From the NCBI RefSeq assembly GCF_001194135.2, contig NC_068985.1, positions 115,871,558 to 115,935,557 on the forward strand: 64,000 bases of DNA, given 5' to 3'. This stretch comes from Octopus bimaculoides (Eukaryota). The position numbers and the translations under genes were made by a program. Positions 40,937 through 53,999 of this stretch are shown here, piece by piece. The notes beneath the pieces are model-generated. The model saw only the letters and a program-made list of their open reading frames with translations. It made no database searches and was not told where the DNA came from. Each line of letters opens with the position of its first letter. Within the stretch, counting starts at the first letter, position 1.

Positions 40937-43225
40937 CTGAAAGACACGTTTTATTTGTCTTTTTGCTTTTGGGAGGGGTTCTATTGAAACATGTTGCGAA
41001 TTCAACACCGATTCATATTGGGTCAAGCTGGAGCAAAATGCATTGAAAGTAATGCCCTAAATTTCCACCGAGTTCTCTCTCTCTGTTATTGCATTGACCT
41101 TCTAATGAACACAGTTATCTTCGAACTCAGAAGCACATACATTCATAAGAAACCCCGCAAGACATCCGATCCGAAGCTATACCAATTCTACTAGTTCATC
41201 GTCCATTTCTCTCTCTCTCTCTCTCTATTTCTCTCTATCTATCTCTCTATCTCTCTCTCCCTCTCTCTCTCTCTCTCTGGCTCTCTATGTCTATCGCCCA
41301 CTTCTCTGTCTCTCTCTTCACACACACTCAAACACTCCTACACGCACATATATATGCATGTTTGTATGTGTATGTGTATGTGTGCGTGCGTGTGCGCATG
41401 CGTTCGTGTGTGTTTGTACGTGCTATGTATGTGTGCATGCGTCTATGTTATGACGTCCTTGTATTTACGTTTTATAATATATGCCTGTGTATATGTATGT
41501 TATGAATACGTGTATTTATTTTTTTATATTATACTATATATATATATATATATATNNNNNNNNNNNNNNNNNNNNNNNNNNNNNNNNNNNNNNNNNNNNN
41601 NNNNNNNNNNNNNNNNNNNNNNNNNNNNNNNNNNNNNNNNNNNNNNNNNNNNNNNNNNNNNNNNNNNNNNNNNNNNNNNNNNNNNNNNNNNNNNNNNNNN
41701 NNNNNNNNNNNNNNNNNNNNNNNNNNNNNNNNNNNNNNNNNNNNNNNNNNNNNNNNNNNNNNNNNNNNNNNNNNNNNNNNNNNNNNNNNNNNNNNNNNNN
41801 NNNNNNNNNNNNNNNNNNNNNNNNNNNNNNNNNNNNNNNNNNNNNNNNNNNNNNNNNNNNNNNNNNNNNNNNNNNNNNNNNNNNNNNNNNNNNNNNNNNN
41901 NNNNNNNNNNNNNNNNNNNNNNNNNNNNNNNNNNNNNNNNNNNNNNNNNNNNNNNNNNNNNNNNNNNNNNNNNNNNNNNNNNNNNNNNNNNNNNNNNNNN
42001 NNNNNNNNNNNNNNNNNNNNNNNNNNNNNNNNNNNNNNNNNNNNNNNNNNNNNNNNNNNNNNNNNNNNNNNNNNNNNNNNNNNNNNNNNNNNNNNNNNNN
42101 NNNNNNNNNNNNNNNNNNNNNNNNNNNNNNNNNNNNNNNNNNNNNNNNNNNNNNNNNNNNNNNNNNNNNNNNNNNNNNNNNNNNNNNNNNNNNNNNNNNN
42201 NNNNNNNNNNNNNNNNNNNNNNNNNNNNNNNNNNNNNNNNNNNNNNNNNNNNNNNNNNNNNNNNNNNNNNNNNNNNNNNNNNNNNNNNNNNNNNNNNNNN
42301 NNNNNNNNNNNNNNNNNNNATCTTATATATATATATATATATGAATGTATGTGTATATGTGGTTCTTGTGTGTATGAGTCGACTATAGTAATCTAAAATA
42401 ATAATTGTTTGTAATAGCAACATAAACACATAGACAAGGAAGAATAATGATTGAGACTAAACAATGAAATAAATTACTCTATAATTTATAGATCTTGTTA
42501 AATTTAATTTGCATAATCAGGTTTTGATTTCATATTTTTGTAGACTTTATTATTTTAATTTATTTTCATTTATTTATTTCTTTGGTTAATTTCCTTCCGT
42601 ATTTTCACACTGTTGAAGTGTGATGTGGCGTATCACTCTATAATGTCGACCACTCTGTTGTGTTTTTGTTGTTGTTCCTGCTACTGTTTAACCTCAGGTC
42701 ATCTTTGATCGAGCAGACGACTGATCAAAGTTGTTCCAACCTTAACTATTCAATCTTTCTCCCTATGTACACAGAACTCAGGAAAGCATGTCCATTTTTA
42801 TGCAAATTAAGATTTAGCTGGTATTATTGCTAGAACGACCTACTTGGTGGCTTGTTTCTCGTGTTGGAATAGAGATCTAAGCTGCCTCTTTGCTTTATAC
42901 CACCTTCTGGTTCTGGGGTACTTTTAACGGGGCTTCCTCTAGTACAAGCCTTAGGGCCAGGTTCTTTGTATGAATTTAGCTTCCTTCCTCCCTGCTTTCT
43001 ACAAGTCACAGATATATGATTAGAAGATAAGACGATATGAGTATAAAATTAGTAAATCATAAACAAGGTAATACTCCTTGCTCTAACCTCTTAACTAGGA
43101 GAAACTAGAGCAAACTTTTGAAATCGAGACATGTGGTCCTCTAGCTCTTTGACTACTCTTAAACTGTGAAACGCATTACAGCATGGCAAACAAATATGGA
43201 TATGAATGTGTATGTGTATGTGTGT

Positions 43226-43271
<46 letters not shown>

Positions 43272-43865
43272 GTGCGTGTGTGTGCACGCACGCGTTTGCT
43301 GGCGTTTGTGCTTCGGAGGTTCGCTTCCCAATTACATGTTTTTAGATTCAGTTTCAAAACACACTTGGTGCAAACTCTACAGCCGAAGCTATTCCAGGAA
43401 GACCATCCTGGTTTGTTTTATACCAATTAATATGTTACCCAATGCGCTATTCTTTTTTTAAAAAATAAAATTGTGTGCGTTGATATAAGTTCAGTTGCTA
43501 TTTCGAGCAGAACGTGTGATTGTATATATCACGTGTTGACTTGGGGTTCGGTGTAATATCATGTAAAGCTTCCAAGGTGTTAGTGTGTTAGTTAATGTTG
43601 ATTATGGAATGCATTTGAAAGTACGATTGATTTTAGTCTAGAGTTAGACACTTTAAGCTGGTTGAACGACGACGACGATAATTGTCTCCGGAAAATACAA
43701 TTATCTCCGGAAAATACCCACAAGGATTATTTACATGGATGTTTACTACTGGAATGAAGTTACACTCCAAGTACTGTTTCTTCTTTCTTTTTTCCAGCGC
43801 ATCACTCTCACTTCCTACTACAACTCTCCTCTTATAGATGTAATAATCCATTCCTCTACTATTTC

Positions 43866-43916
43866 GGGCTCCGATGAAGGGATGCATTGGATTTTCCCTG
43901 AAACAGCTGTAAGACT
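43866..43916 (+). ncRNA. Degenerate type I hammerhead motif
   Basis: GGGCT-CCGATGA-AGGGA..TCCCT-GAAA-C-AGCT-G-TA^AGACT. Core carries U4C, stem II is 5 bp, stem III loop is the palindrome CAGCTG, and stem I pairs 4/5. Confidence 0.55.
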
Positions 43917-44845
43917 TTATCCATAAAATATACTGCTAACTTTGCCATTGTTCTCTTTATCCTTTTCTCTCTTTATACATACACACGCTAATACACGACC
44001 TATGTTATAATACCCACTCTTGTTTATACAACGGATGGGGCAAGACTAGCCGGTATACAGCACTTACTCGGTATTACCTGTATCTTTGTGTTTGGTTGAA
44101 TCCAATCCCCTTCTTAAACTTATATATATNNNNNNNNNNNNNNNNNNNNNNNNNNNNNNNNNNNNNNNNNNNNNNNNNNNNNNNNNNNNNNNNNNNNNNN
44201 NNNNNNNNNNNNNNNNNNNNNNNNNNNNNNNNNNNNNNNNNNNNNNNNNNNNNNNNNNNNNNNNNNNNNNNNNNNNNNNNNNNNNNNNNNNNNNNNNNNN
44301 NNNNNNNNNNNNNNNNNNNNNNNNNNNNNNNNNNNNNNNNNNNNNNNNNNNNNNNNNNNNNNNNNNNNNNNNNNNNNNNNNNNNNNNNNNNNNNNNNNNN
44401 NNNNNNNNNNNNNNNNNNNNNNNNNNNNNNNNNNNNNNNNNNNNNNNNNNNNNNNNNNNNNNNNNNNNNNNNNNNNNNNNNNNNNNNNNNNNNNNNNNNN
44501 NNNNNNNNNNNNNNNNNNNNNNNNNNNNNNNNNNNNNNNNNNNNNNNNNNNNNNNNNNNNNNNNNNNNNNNNNNNNNNNNNNNNNNNNNNNNNNNNNNNN
44601 NNNNNNNNNNNNNNNNNNNNNNNNNNNNNNNNNNNNNNNNNNNNNNNNNNNNNNNNNNNNNNNNNNNNNNNNNNNNNNNNNNNNNNNNNNNNNNNNNNNN
44701 NNNNNNNNNNNNNNNNNNNNNNNNNNNNNNNNNNNNNNNNNNNNNNNNNNNNNNNNNNNNNNNNNNNNNNNNNNNNNNNNNNNNNNNNNNNNNNNNNNNN
44801 NNNNNNNNNNNNNNNNATATATATATATGTGTGTGTGTGTGTGTT

Positions 44846-44902
<57 letters not shown>

Positions 44903-44929
44903 GTATGTATAGATATTTGTGTGTGTGTG

Positions 44930-45115
44930 TGTGTCAGTGTTTATCCACCACCACTTAGCAAATGGTGTTGGTATGTTTACATCCTCGTATCTTTTCCGTT
45001 CAACACAAACCGACCGATAGAATAATAACCAAGTTTTCGCAAATAAGTGCTGGGGTTAATTTGTTCGAGGCAGTACCCCCAACATGGATGCTTTCCAAAA
45101 ATTGAAACTGAAAAG
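44930..45115 (+). mobile_element. SINE family B 3' half
   Basis: TGGTGTTGGTATGTTTACATCC..ACCGATAGAATAA..GCTGGGGTTAATTTGTTCGA..GTACCCCCAACATGG. Confidence 0.65.
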
Positions 45116-46258
45116 AAAAAAAAATATAAAACCGAATTCTGAAATCATATTGCATAATAGTCTTACTCAACAGATCGCTGAAAATATTAGACGTATGTGT
45201 TTTGTTCAACGTTTTTTTTTTTTTTTTTGGATCATAGATCGGGTATCGTAAATTGAAAACTTCTCCAATATAACGACCGTATAAATAAGCATTATATTCC
45301 GGGATACGTGACAATTTTAGTCATTTTCAGGAGAATCAAATTTTCCACCAATCTTTTCAATCATTGCCTGATTTCATATCCTTTTTTTAAAGATTTGAAC
45401 TCCTTTTCACAATTTCTTCAAAATATGATTATGTTTACATAACGTAAATGGATTATCCCATATGCTGTTTGGCGGATTACATTGTTCACCTAGTCTACGG
45501 TTTGAGGAAAAAGCACCACGTGCCCTCAGCACGTGCATACGCTTAATAATACGATCACGTAATTTGGGAACGAAAAGCGTAAAGAACCATCAATGTGGTT
45601 GAAGATTCGAATAAGGATAACGTTCTCTCTATCGCTAAGATTTCAGATTTTTTAAAACCGAAAACGTGTTTACGCTAACACTAAGTATGTTTGTTTACAA
45701 GGAATGGATTAAACGATCATTCAATCCAATAAAAGAATATGATAATTAGCCGGAAAATATGTAAACGAAAAACTTAATTTTATTTTCCAATATCGTGAGT
45801 GGAAGATTTGGTGATTTAACTCAGGCTAATATACGTCGGTTTCTTGCAAGTTTTCCGTATATTGTGTCATGAATTCCTTCTAATACTAACATGTTTTGCA
45901 AGCTTAGAGGATTAATATACGTGCGCTTACACATATGTAACACATCCTAGTCGTTCGAGACAGAAATACGGCTATTTGTTTAAACAGTTTTACATCGCCG
46001 AAGAATATCGAAATCTCTTCGATACTTCCTTTGGCAATTGTTTATTTTGTGTTCCATTGTCTATTTATCAATGCCATTTTCATATTGAAATAGTTACAAA
46101 TTCTCTACAAATACACAATGCAATAACGTCTAAAATATTAACAATGTCTGTATACACACACACAGAGATATGTCTGTCTGTCTGTCTGTCTGTCTGTGTG
46201 TCTGTGTGTCTGTATGTCTGTATGTCTGTATGTATGTATGTATGTATATATGTATGTT

Positions 46259-46303
<45 letters not shown>

Positions 46304-46579
46304 TCCATTTATGTGATCGTACACGTGTGTGCGTTTCTTGTATGTACGCAGGCATATATAGACATGCATAGATATATGTATATATATGTATNNNNNNNNN
46401 NNNNNNNNNNNNNNNNNNNNNNNNNNNNNNNNNNNNNNNNNNNNNNNNNNNNNNNNNNNNNNNNNNNNNNNNNNNNNNNNNNNNNTATATATATATACAC
46501 ACACCCACACACACACACATATATATAAATAAGCATATATATGTACTTATATACATATTTATATATGGGTGTGTATGTT

Positions 46580-46614
<35 letters not shown>

Positions 46615-46752
46615 ACATGTAAGAATCTGAGATAAGAGTTAAAATCCCAGCCAATCGAATATGCATAAATTTGATTAACGAAGATGTGAAGCCTTTCACC
46701 AATTTATGAATCCAAAAAGAAACATACACACACACATACACACACATACACA

Positions 46753-46795
<43 letters not shown>

Positions 46796-47274
46796 ACACG
46801 TGTATGTAAATAAATATGACCGTGATATACGTATTACTAAACTATATTCTTTACGTTTGAATTGTGGTTTCATACTTCGATAGCTTCCGACTACCTCTTT
46901 CATATATTCCGATTTGTTGTAATTTAAATGTTTATAGAATACATATTTTTCCTTCAATAAATGATACGTTCCCAAAAGCTGGTAATTTTTATGGCAGTTT
47001 TCTCAGTATCAAAACACGATTTAGTCTTCACATAAAATTAGTGATGTATTTTCCTGATTTTAACATACAATACTGTAGCACTTATCCAGCTTGATGATAT
47101 CTAACATTTTCAGCAATCCCAGAATGCTGTGCAATATCATGGAATATATCGTACTTTGTATTTAGCAAACAAATCCTATTTTAGAAGTTGATCAAATGGC
47201 ATATATTATGTTAAAAATAACTTTTACCTTTACTCTTTTCCGTGGATTAATAAAGATTAAATAAATATACTCTG

Positions 47275-47380
47275 CTCTAGAGCTGTATTAGTTTGTATTT
47301 GTTAAAAATAGTTCTTTACTTTCTAAACTCTAGAGCTGTATTAGTTTGTATTTGTTAAAAATAGTTCTTTACTTTCTAAA
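47275..47380. repeat. Perfect 53-bp tandem duplication
   Basis: CTCTAGAGCTGTATTAGTTTGTATTTGTTAAAAATAGTTCTTTACTTTCTAAA twice. Confidence 0.95.
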
Positions 47381-47529
47381 CGTTTAATTTGCATCCTACG
47401 AGTGTTATTCTTTATACATAGTACAGTGTAATACATTGGACTCTCCCATCGAAGACGACGTATGAAGGTTCAGTATTTGCCGAACGACCTAAACACTAAT
47501 ATATTTATAGTGATCAAATGCATGTGCCG

Positions 47530-47726
47530 CACTTCAGCTCACTCCCGTCATCGAATCAGCGTTGGCTGAACAAATGCACTGTGCTCCACGCGTCAAATTT
47601 CAAAGTGAACGCAGAACAAACTCAGATGAAATATTTTGCTCAAGAACACAACACTCCACCCAGTCTAGGAATTGAAACCATGATCTGGTAACCGTGAGTG
47701 TAACACCCTACCCACCAGGCCATACT
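47530..47726 (-). mobile_element. SINE family C
   Basis: TTTTGCTCAAGAACACAACAC..AGGAATTGAAACCATGATC..AACACCCTACCCACCAGGCCAT. Confidence 0.7.
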
Positions 47727-47750
47727 ATAATATAATATAAACTATATGTA

Positions 47751-47790
47751 TCGTATATTGAAAGGCAAGTTGTCTGTTTGTGTGTGTGTT

Positions 47791-47824
<34 letters not shown>

Positions 47825-47950
47825 CTGTGTTGTGTAAACCACTTCTACTCATACAATTTTCAACCGAATTTGACAAAATTTGATATATGTGCACTCTTTG
47901 ACTTAGGACACTTTTTCTTAAAATTTTTTCCTCAAAATTCCGCGCCCCTA
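47751..47950 (+). mobile_element. Helitron-like non-autonomous element 5' part
   Basis: A|TCGTATATTGAAAGGCAAGTTGTCTGTTTG(TG)n...CAACCGAATTTGACAAAATTTGAT, the same style of 5' end as 58656-59686. 3' end not found. Confidence 0.4.
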
Positions 47951-48311
47951 ATAGAAATAGTCTACTCTAAGTTCGCCTAGAATTTGGCTTGAGTCAGCGA
48001 AAAAACGTGACACACCCAGCTGCAAAAAAAAAAAAAATCAATACTTTACTTTGTCAACTGTGGCGAGCTCTTATGGACTGCTTGCACACTACTGCCAGCA
48101 GTATTCATTTGCGAATTATGATTTGCTTCTGTTTTCACGTGAACGCTATTTTTCACATTCTAACTTAAACTATCCATTTCCAAACTCTTACCCAGAATTA
48201 CAAATCCTTAATTCGTTCTCTTGACTAACATTTTTGCCAACTATATTTTACTATTTTTGGGGTGCTACACATTCAGCGCTTTTTCCTTAGGATTTTTTTC
48301 TGTTGCGTGTG

Positions 48312-48405
<94 letters not shown>

Positions 48406-48712
48406 TGTGTGTGTGGCAAGAAGAAAATGGAGAGAATCCAGAGGTAGTATTCATCAACTGTTAGACATTATATTATGTCTATTTATTTATCTATTCTAAA
48501 GATTTCAGATAATATATAAATATATGTGTAAAGTATTAGTAAGGGTAAAATCATTTATTACCCTCACCTAATTACTATAGCCAGTAGGGTAATTGCCACG
48601 CAATAAACAACACTTGTATATTGGATGGATACTATCCCTTAGTTGGTTGGATTCACAGCCTCTAACTCTCTTTAAATTGAATTATATATATGTATATATA
48701 TATATATATATG

Positions 48713-48880
48713 GGCGCTGGTGTGACTGTGTGTTAAAAAGCTTGCTTCCCAACAACATGGCTCCAGGTTCAATCTCACTGCGTGGTAACTTGGGCAAGCA
48801 TCTTCTACTATAGTCGTGGGTTGACCAGACTCTAGTGAGTGGATTTGCTAGGCGTAAACGGAAAGAAGCCCGTCGTATAT
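48713..48880 (+). mobile_element. SINE family B 5' half
   Basis: GGCGCTGGTGTGACTGTGTG..AGCTTGCTTCCCAAC..GGTTCAATCTCACTGCGTGG..GAAAGAAGCCCGTCG. Confidence 0.8.
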
Positions 48881-48897
48881 AGATAGATAGACAGATT

Positions 48898-49025
48898 GCT
48901 ACTTATTTTGTTGACCATGAAAGGATGAAATGAACTCAGAGATGTTCTGCAAGATTTCAACTTAGGACGTAAGATCAGAAGAAATGTTGCTAAGCAATAT
49001 TTCCGGTGTGCCAACGATCCTCATC
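48898..49025 (-). mobile_element. SINE family A fragment
   Basis: TACTTATTTTGTTGACCATGAAAGGATGAAA...GCTAAGCA. Confidence 0.6.
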
Positions 49026-49480
49026 TCTATTAGATCTATAATCTAGATCTATTATCAATCAATTTCTAGAAGTTACCATACTGTACATTTTGTAGGGACA
49101 AATATTCTAACGTCAATTTCTTCCATTTCTTAACTGATTTTAAACTGTAAATTGAGTGAAACTTGACTGATACTTCTAGCAGCTGTGCGACCACATAAAG
49201 ACTTTCTCGTTCTCGTTGTGTGGTAGTGAAGGTGGATGTCATTTATATTCTCCAGCGGAAGTAATTATTAATTCTGATTCTAAATTTGTCTATTCATTAT
49301 TAATTAGGTTTTGTTGAATAGTACGCGTCACTACTTCCTGGTATATTGCAATAAACAGAGGTTATTCAATAGACACCGCTAACTAGATATTGACTGAGAA
49401 ATATTGTAACATTATCCGGTCTTCTTCACGAATATTCTCACAAATACAAACACACGTACACCTGAACACACTCGTATACA

Positions 49481-49483
<3 letters not shown>

Positions 49484-49565
<82 letters not shown>

Positions 49566-49570
49566 GCACA
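49484..49570. repeat. (CT)n(CA)n microsatellite
   Basis: Directly visible. Confidence 0.97.
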
Positions 49571-50014
49571 AATACACGCGCGGACACACATATGCAAACA
49601 TAAACACACACGTATTTTTAAATATACGCAATGATATAGACGATAATGAAATGAAATATTAATAAACTGTTTCATTATATGATGCAAGCTAAGTTTCCAT
49701 TATATTTCTTGGAGTCAAATTGTTATTTAATACCGGTTATATATATTGTATACATTTTACTCTTCTGCCCAAGAGATTTTGTAAGTCTATAGTTCGTCGG
49801 TTGATCTGCTGAAAATGCCTCTCCAGTTCTCCCTGAATTATGCTCACATGTGTTGGAATCAGGACATTGTGATGATGTATTCTTAGACTGAGGATGCTCA
49901 GAAAAAGGACGGAATGTCCATGACTGACAAACCTTTAATCATAGTTCCTGTGCAGCCAAAGCAAAGTAATGTGTAGGACATCTTAAGATTTCATACGTGA
50001 ACTAAAATATATAT

Positions 50015-50330
50015 ATATCTAGGGCGAGTAAAATTCCCGGGATCCATAGACGAGTTCGCTCCAGTGGTCATTGTCCTTTATCATCGCTACTGTGTCCTGT
50101 GTCTCTCAGAGACCCATGTCTGTCCTTAGGGCATCAACATATGTGATCTTCGGTCTCATTCTTCTAGTGTGTCCGTGTAGGGTGTCCCACATGAGCACTG
50201 AGTGAAGTATCAAATCTGAATGACGGTGAGCATGTCCTGCTAACCTCAGTCTCCGCTGTGTTATTTTCGAGCTAACTTTTGTATATATTTTATTGTGTCT
50301 GGGGAGAGTCATTCTGCTTTAATGTCTTAT
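50015..50330 (-). mobile_element. RTE-type LINE 3' fragment
   Basis: SSKITQRRLRLAGHAHRH..VLMWDTLHGHTRRMRPKITYVDALRTDMGL, ending at an (AT)n tract. Confidence 0.8.
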
Positions 50331-50453
50331 TAATTAACACACTCGCCGGTTTGATTTCCATTCATTTACTTATCTGTTTTTTCCAAAATTTTCGTTGCTT
50401 CTTGCAACTTCTTCAATAGTATATATTTATATATGCATACACANNNNNNNNNN

Positions 50454-50492
<39 letters not shown>

Positions 50493-50502
50493 TACATTTA
50501 TA

Positions 50503-50870
50503 TTGGTTCATCTGATAAATAATGCAGAGTTTTCAAATGCATGAACTAAAAGTCGGAGGGAGACGGAATAAAATAACTGTATCAACTTGCTATAAAAGCA
50601 GACGGTAATTTTACATTATACTCGTTGTTAGTGCAAGTATTGAAGAGTGCAGTTAGATTTTAACAGTTACATTTTCAAAGCTATAATGGAAGTGACGAAG
50701 GAACGTATTCGGCGTATTTTCCTTTATGAGTTCAATAAAGGCAACGGGAAGTGCGGGGAATATTATTGCAGTATATGGGGATCGGACAATAAGCGTAAGC
50801 CTGTATCAAATGTGGCTCCTGAAATTCCGAGCCAGAAACAACAGCCTAGAAGACGAGCCTCGTCATGAAA
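50503..50870 (+). mobile_element. mariner transposon 5' fragment (left TIR plus transposase N-terminus)
   Basis: TA|TTGGTTCATCTGATAAATAATGC TIR-like start. ATG at 50686 gives MEVTKERIRRIFLYEFNKGN; after a frameshift NIIAVYGDRTISVSLYQMWLLKFRARNNSLEDEPR, matching the mariner HTH (WFxKFRxGxxSLEDEPR). Confidence 0.85.
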
Positions 50871-50884
50871 GATTCTTCAGAATA

Positions 50885-50988
50885 CTTTCGGGCTCGATTA
50901 AGTAAGTACCAGCTGAACACTGGGGCAATGTAATCGACTTTGTGCCTCCCCCAAAAGTGTTGTCCCCCACGCCAAAATTTAAAACCAA
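50885..50988 (+). mobile_element. SINE family A 3' fragment abutting the mariner relic
   Basis: TTTCGGGCTCGAT..AAGTACCAGCTGAACACTGGGG..TGTAATCGAC..GCCAAAATTTAAAACCA. Confidence 0.65.
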
Positions 50989-52243
50989 TATTCGTCTCAT
51001 TATTATTAGTAGTAGTTTTTGTTTTTGTTGTGACTAAAATGATGTGCAGCTTATAACGTGTTTGCATTGTGTTTCTAAGGAAATTAACGGTTTCATTATT
51101 TTTGAAATAATACAAAGCGTGACATATATACTTTGATTTGAGCGAATTGGATTTATGTATATTGTGATTTAATTTTGTTTTATTTATAAGCTTTTGCCTA
51201 ATTGCCTTGTTTGCGTGTTTTTTTTTTTAAGTATACAGAAGTAAATTCTATAAAAATATAATTTTAATTATTTGCATTACGGTGAAAGAGTATGATGAGA
51301 AAAGTCGATAGCGTATAAATTATTAAATGTTACGACCAAAAAGAGGAAATATAAAAGCAATAACATTACATTTTATATAATACTTTATATTTTATGCGAT
51401 CTCTAGGTAAGGATTTTACAAAGGAGTAAAGAAAAATCGGCAAGTTATGGAGGTTCAATCTAAGATTTATGCGTACAGAGTCATGTATTTTCGAATAAGA
51501 ATATGCGATAAGAATAAATTAGATTTATTTAAGACCACTGATGTTTGATAGATTGGTAGTATTTATGTTGCTCTTAGAGGTTTTCTGCAAGAAATCTGTC
51601 ACGTATCATATATCTCTGTGGAATTGTGATTAATTTTGAATGATGGTATTAGTAAAATCGCTGTAAAAGAACTGTTGAGAAATGGTGTTATAGACGAATA
51701 AAATGGCGGGAAACTAAGTAGGGATTTTAATTCAATATTCTATGAGTTCTGCTAAGATTACTGAATTGTAATCTGATTGGTAGGATTTTTGGTAGCCTAG
51801 TTCATTTGTAGCAGTGCACATGTTACTGAGATAAGCAAAAAGCTAAATATTAATTTCTCATAGAAAGAGATTATTAAATTTTGATCACATGGTTCTTTGA
51901 ATGTTAATTAAATGAAGTTATTATTATATGTTACACATGTATAAGATGTGTGCTTCTAATAGTAACAGGGTTGTATTAGCAGATAGGTGTTTAGAATGGG
52001 TAGTAGCATACCAGCCTATAGCAATTATAAACGTAGCTTAATTATATGTTTGTGCTCTCAAGACACAACTAAACATGTAGGCAAGCATTGCTTAGTTATG
52101 GATTATAATTATGATTTGATGAAAAAGAGTTTTGTCGATGAGCAAATAAAATTGAATCTCAGAGGAAATAATTTATACATCAATGTTATGTTTGGTAAAA
52201 GAGATAAGGCAAAAAAGTGGCTAGTATTAAAGAAAACAGTGAG

Positions 52244-52285
<42 letters not shown>

Positions 52286-52512
52286 AAAATTTGTCGTCAA
52301 TTTAGAGTAGCAATATTGATGGATTGAATTGACATTTCCTCCGGGAGAAAATTATCAGAATAAATAGCATTATATCATATTTTATATACGAAGATGATTA
52401 CACCTAAAATGGTACTCTGACAGCACGAAGTGTCTGGGATTTGTATTATATTATACAGAAGAAAATGAGTTGGAGAAATAAAATGGAAAATCTTTAAGAT
52501 GAATAAATATAG

Positions 52513-52712
52513 ATTTCGAATTTTGGCACAACGCCAGAAAATTCTTGGGAAGGGTAAGTCGATAACGTGGACCATAGTGTTTCACTTGTAATAATTTTAT
52601 CGACACCGAAAGAATTCATGGCAAGGTCTATCTTGAACATAGATCATAAAAGCAATTGAAATGCCACTAAGCATGTCAGCTGGCGTGCTAGCGACTCTGC
52701 CAGCTCGCAGCT
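52513..52712 (-). mobile_element. SINE family A, diverged
   Basis: TTTTGGCACAACGCCAG...GCTAGCGACTCTGCCAGCTCGC is the reverse of family A. Confidence 0.75.
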
Positions 52713-53069
52713 TTAATTGAAGATGAATAAATACTAGAAACAAGTTTTAAACATGAGCAATGTGGTGGAAAATATATGGTATACAGATATAAAGGAATAT
52801 ACAGATGTATGGATGGACAGGTTACCAAAAGGCAGTTGAGCGAAATTGTATATCTGGTAAAATATTCTACTTAAGCTTTGATACAAATTCCATGGTTATT
52901 ATATATGGTCATCGTGCGCGGTGATGGTACTTAGCCTGCAAATCCCCAATTTTACTTACATTATTTCATAATGCTAATACTTCTCAAGATAATCTTCGAA
53001 CACGTTGATGTAATACCGAGTCGTTACCGGAATCTAGCTGCTAGATAAATAAGTCTATGTATGTCAGTG

Positions 53070-53500
53070 TTGGAAGCCATGATTGGGGAGGTGATCATGT
53101 TGAAAATACATGCACCGTGTATTTCTCGTACAAAAGTTTAGGCACGGCTTGAATACATAGTCACTGTGACATGCTGCAAGAATAATGTAGAGTCGGTTAT
53201 GATTAAGCAATTGCAACATCACAGCTACGCACAGGGATCTCAGCTCCGTTCAGTGTCCTGATTAGTGTAAGAGGTGTATAGAGGAGTTCATATTCAACCG
53301 ATGGATGCCTTTTACACAAGGTCTATAGTGAAATGGTTGGCGGAGTTCAGCATATTACTGCAACAAATATATAATATTCTGCAAATTTCTTTTGGGACAT
53401 GCCGTTGGTAGACGAGTACAGTCTTCCCTGTAGCTGTATTTTGAATGGTGATCAAGTGTAGTACAACTTCCTCTGCATCTTGTTAGTGAATATTGTGTCT
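53070..53500 (-). mobile_element. Possible highly degraded LINE AP-endonuclease fragment (Ingi/Vingi-like)
   Basis: TTLDHHSKYS (cf. HxKYGSA) and a terminal DHLP.IMAS (cf. SDHxPI). Many stops. Confidence 0.35.
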
Positions 53501-53999
53501 ATTTGAGTAGGAGTGACTGAGGAGTGAGTAAGTAAAAGCTGTTGATATAGAGATATGCTTCAGGTGACGGAACGTAGATTGTAGTCTCTTTTATAATCTT
53601 ATAAGCGCGTTGCACATTTGCGTACTGTAAATATGTATGTATTTATGCATGCATGCATGAATGTGTGTATGTATGTATGTATGTATGTGTGTATGTATGT
53701 ATACATGTATGCATATTATCGACCTCACGCACTTAATGTATCTATGTACGAATGTACGTACTCTGCTTGTTCACATGTATAAACTGCGATTTGACGCGGT
53801 GGGGAGGCTCCACTCAAAGTGCCGATTGTTAAAACACCTGAAAGTCATGGACAAGCGAGACAACTTACTCCAAATCCCACTCACGTGTCACGCACATTGA
53901 TGTTTCCCCATTTCTGTGGTTTATAAACATTAGAAACCTGAAACAAATTGAAGGTGAACTGAATTGACAATCAATGACCTGGTATCTTTATTTCCTCAA

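Noticed and set aside
21647-46616. Long ORFs (250-425 aa) in the ORF track
   Set aside because: They read through N gaps and (TA)n/(CA)n microsatellites, so they are artefacts.
49885-49925. CTGAGGA...GGAATGTC
   Set aside because: No GAAA and no stem II pairing.
51100-52250. AT-rich block suspected as NUMT or PLE
   Set aside because: No recognisable mitochondrial or RT motifs in any frame.
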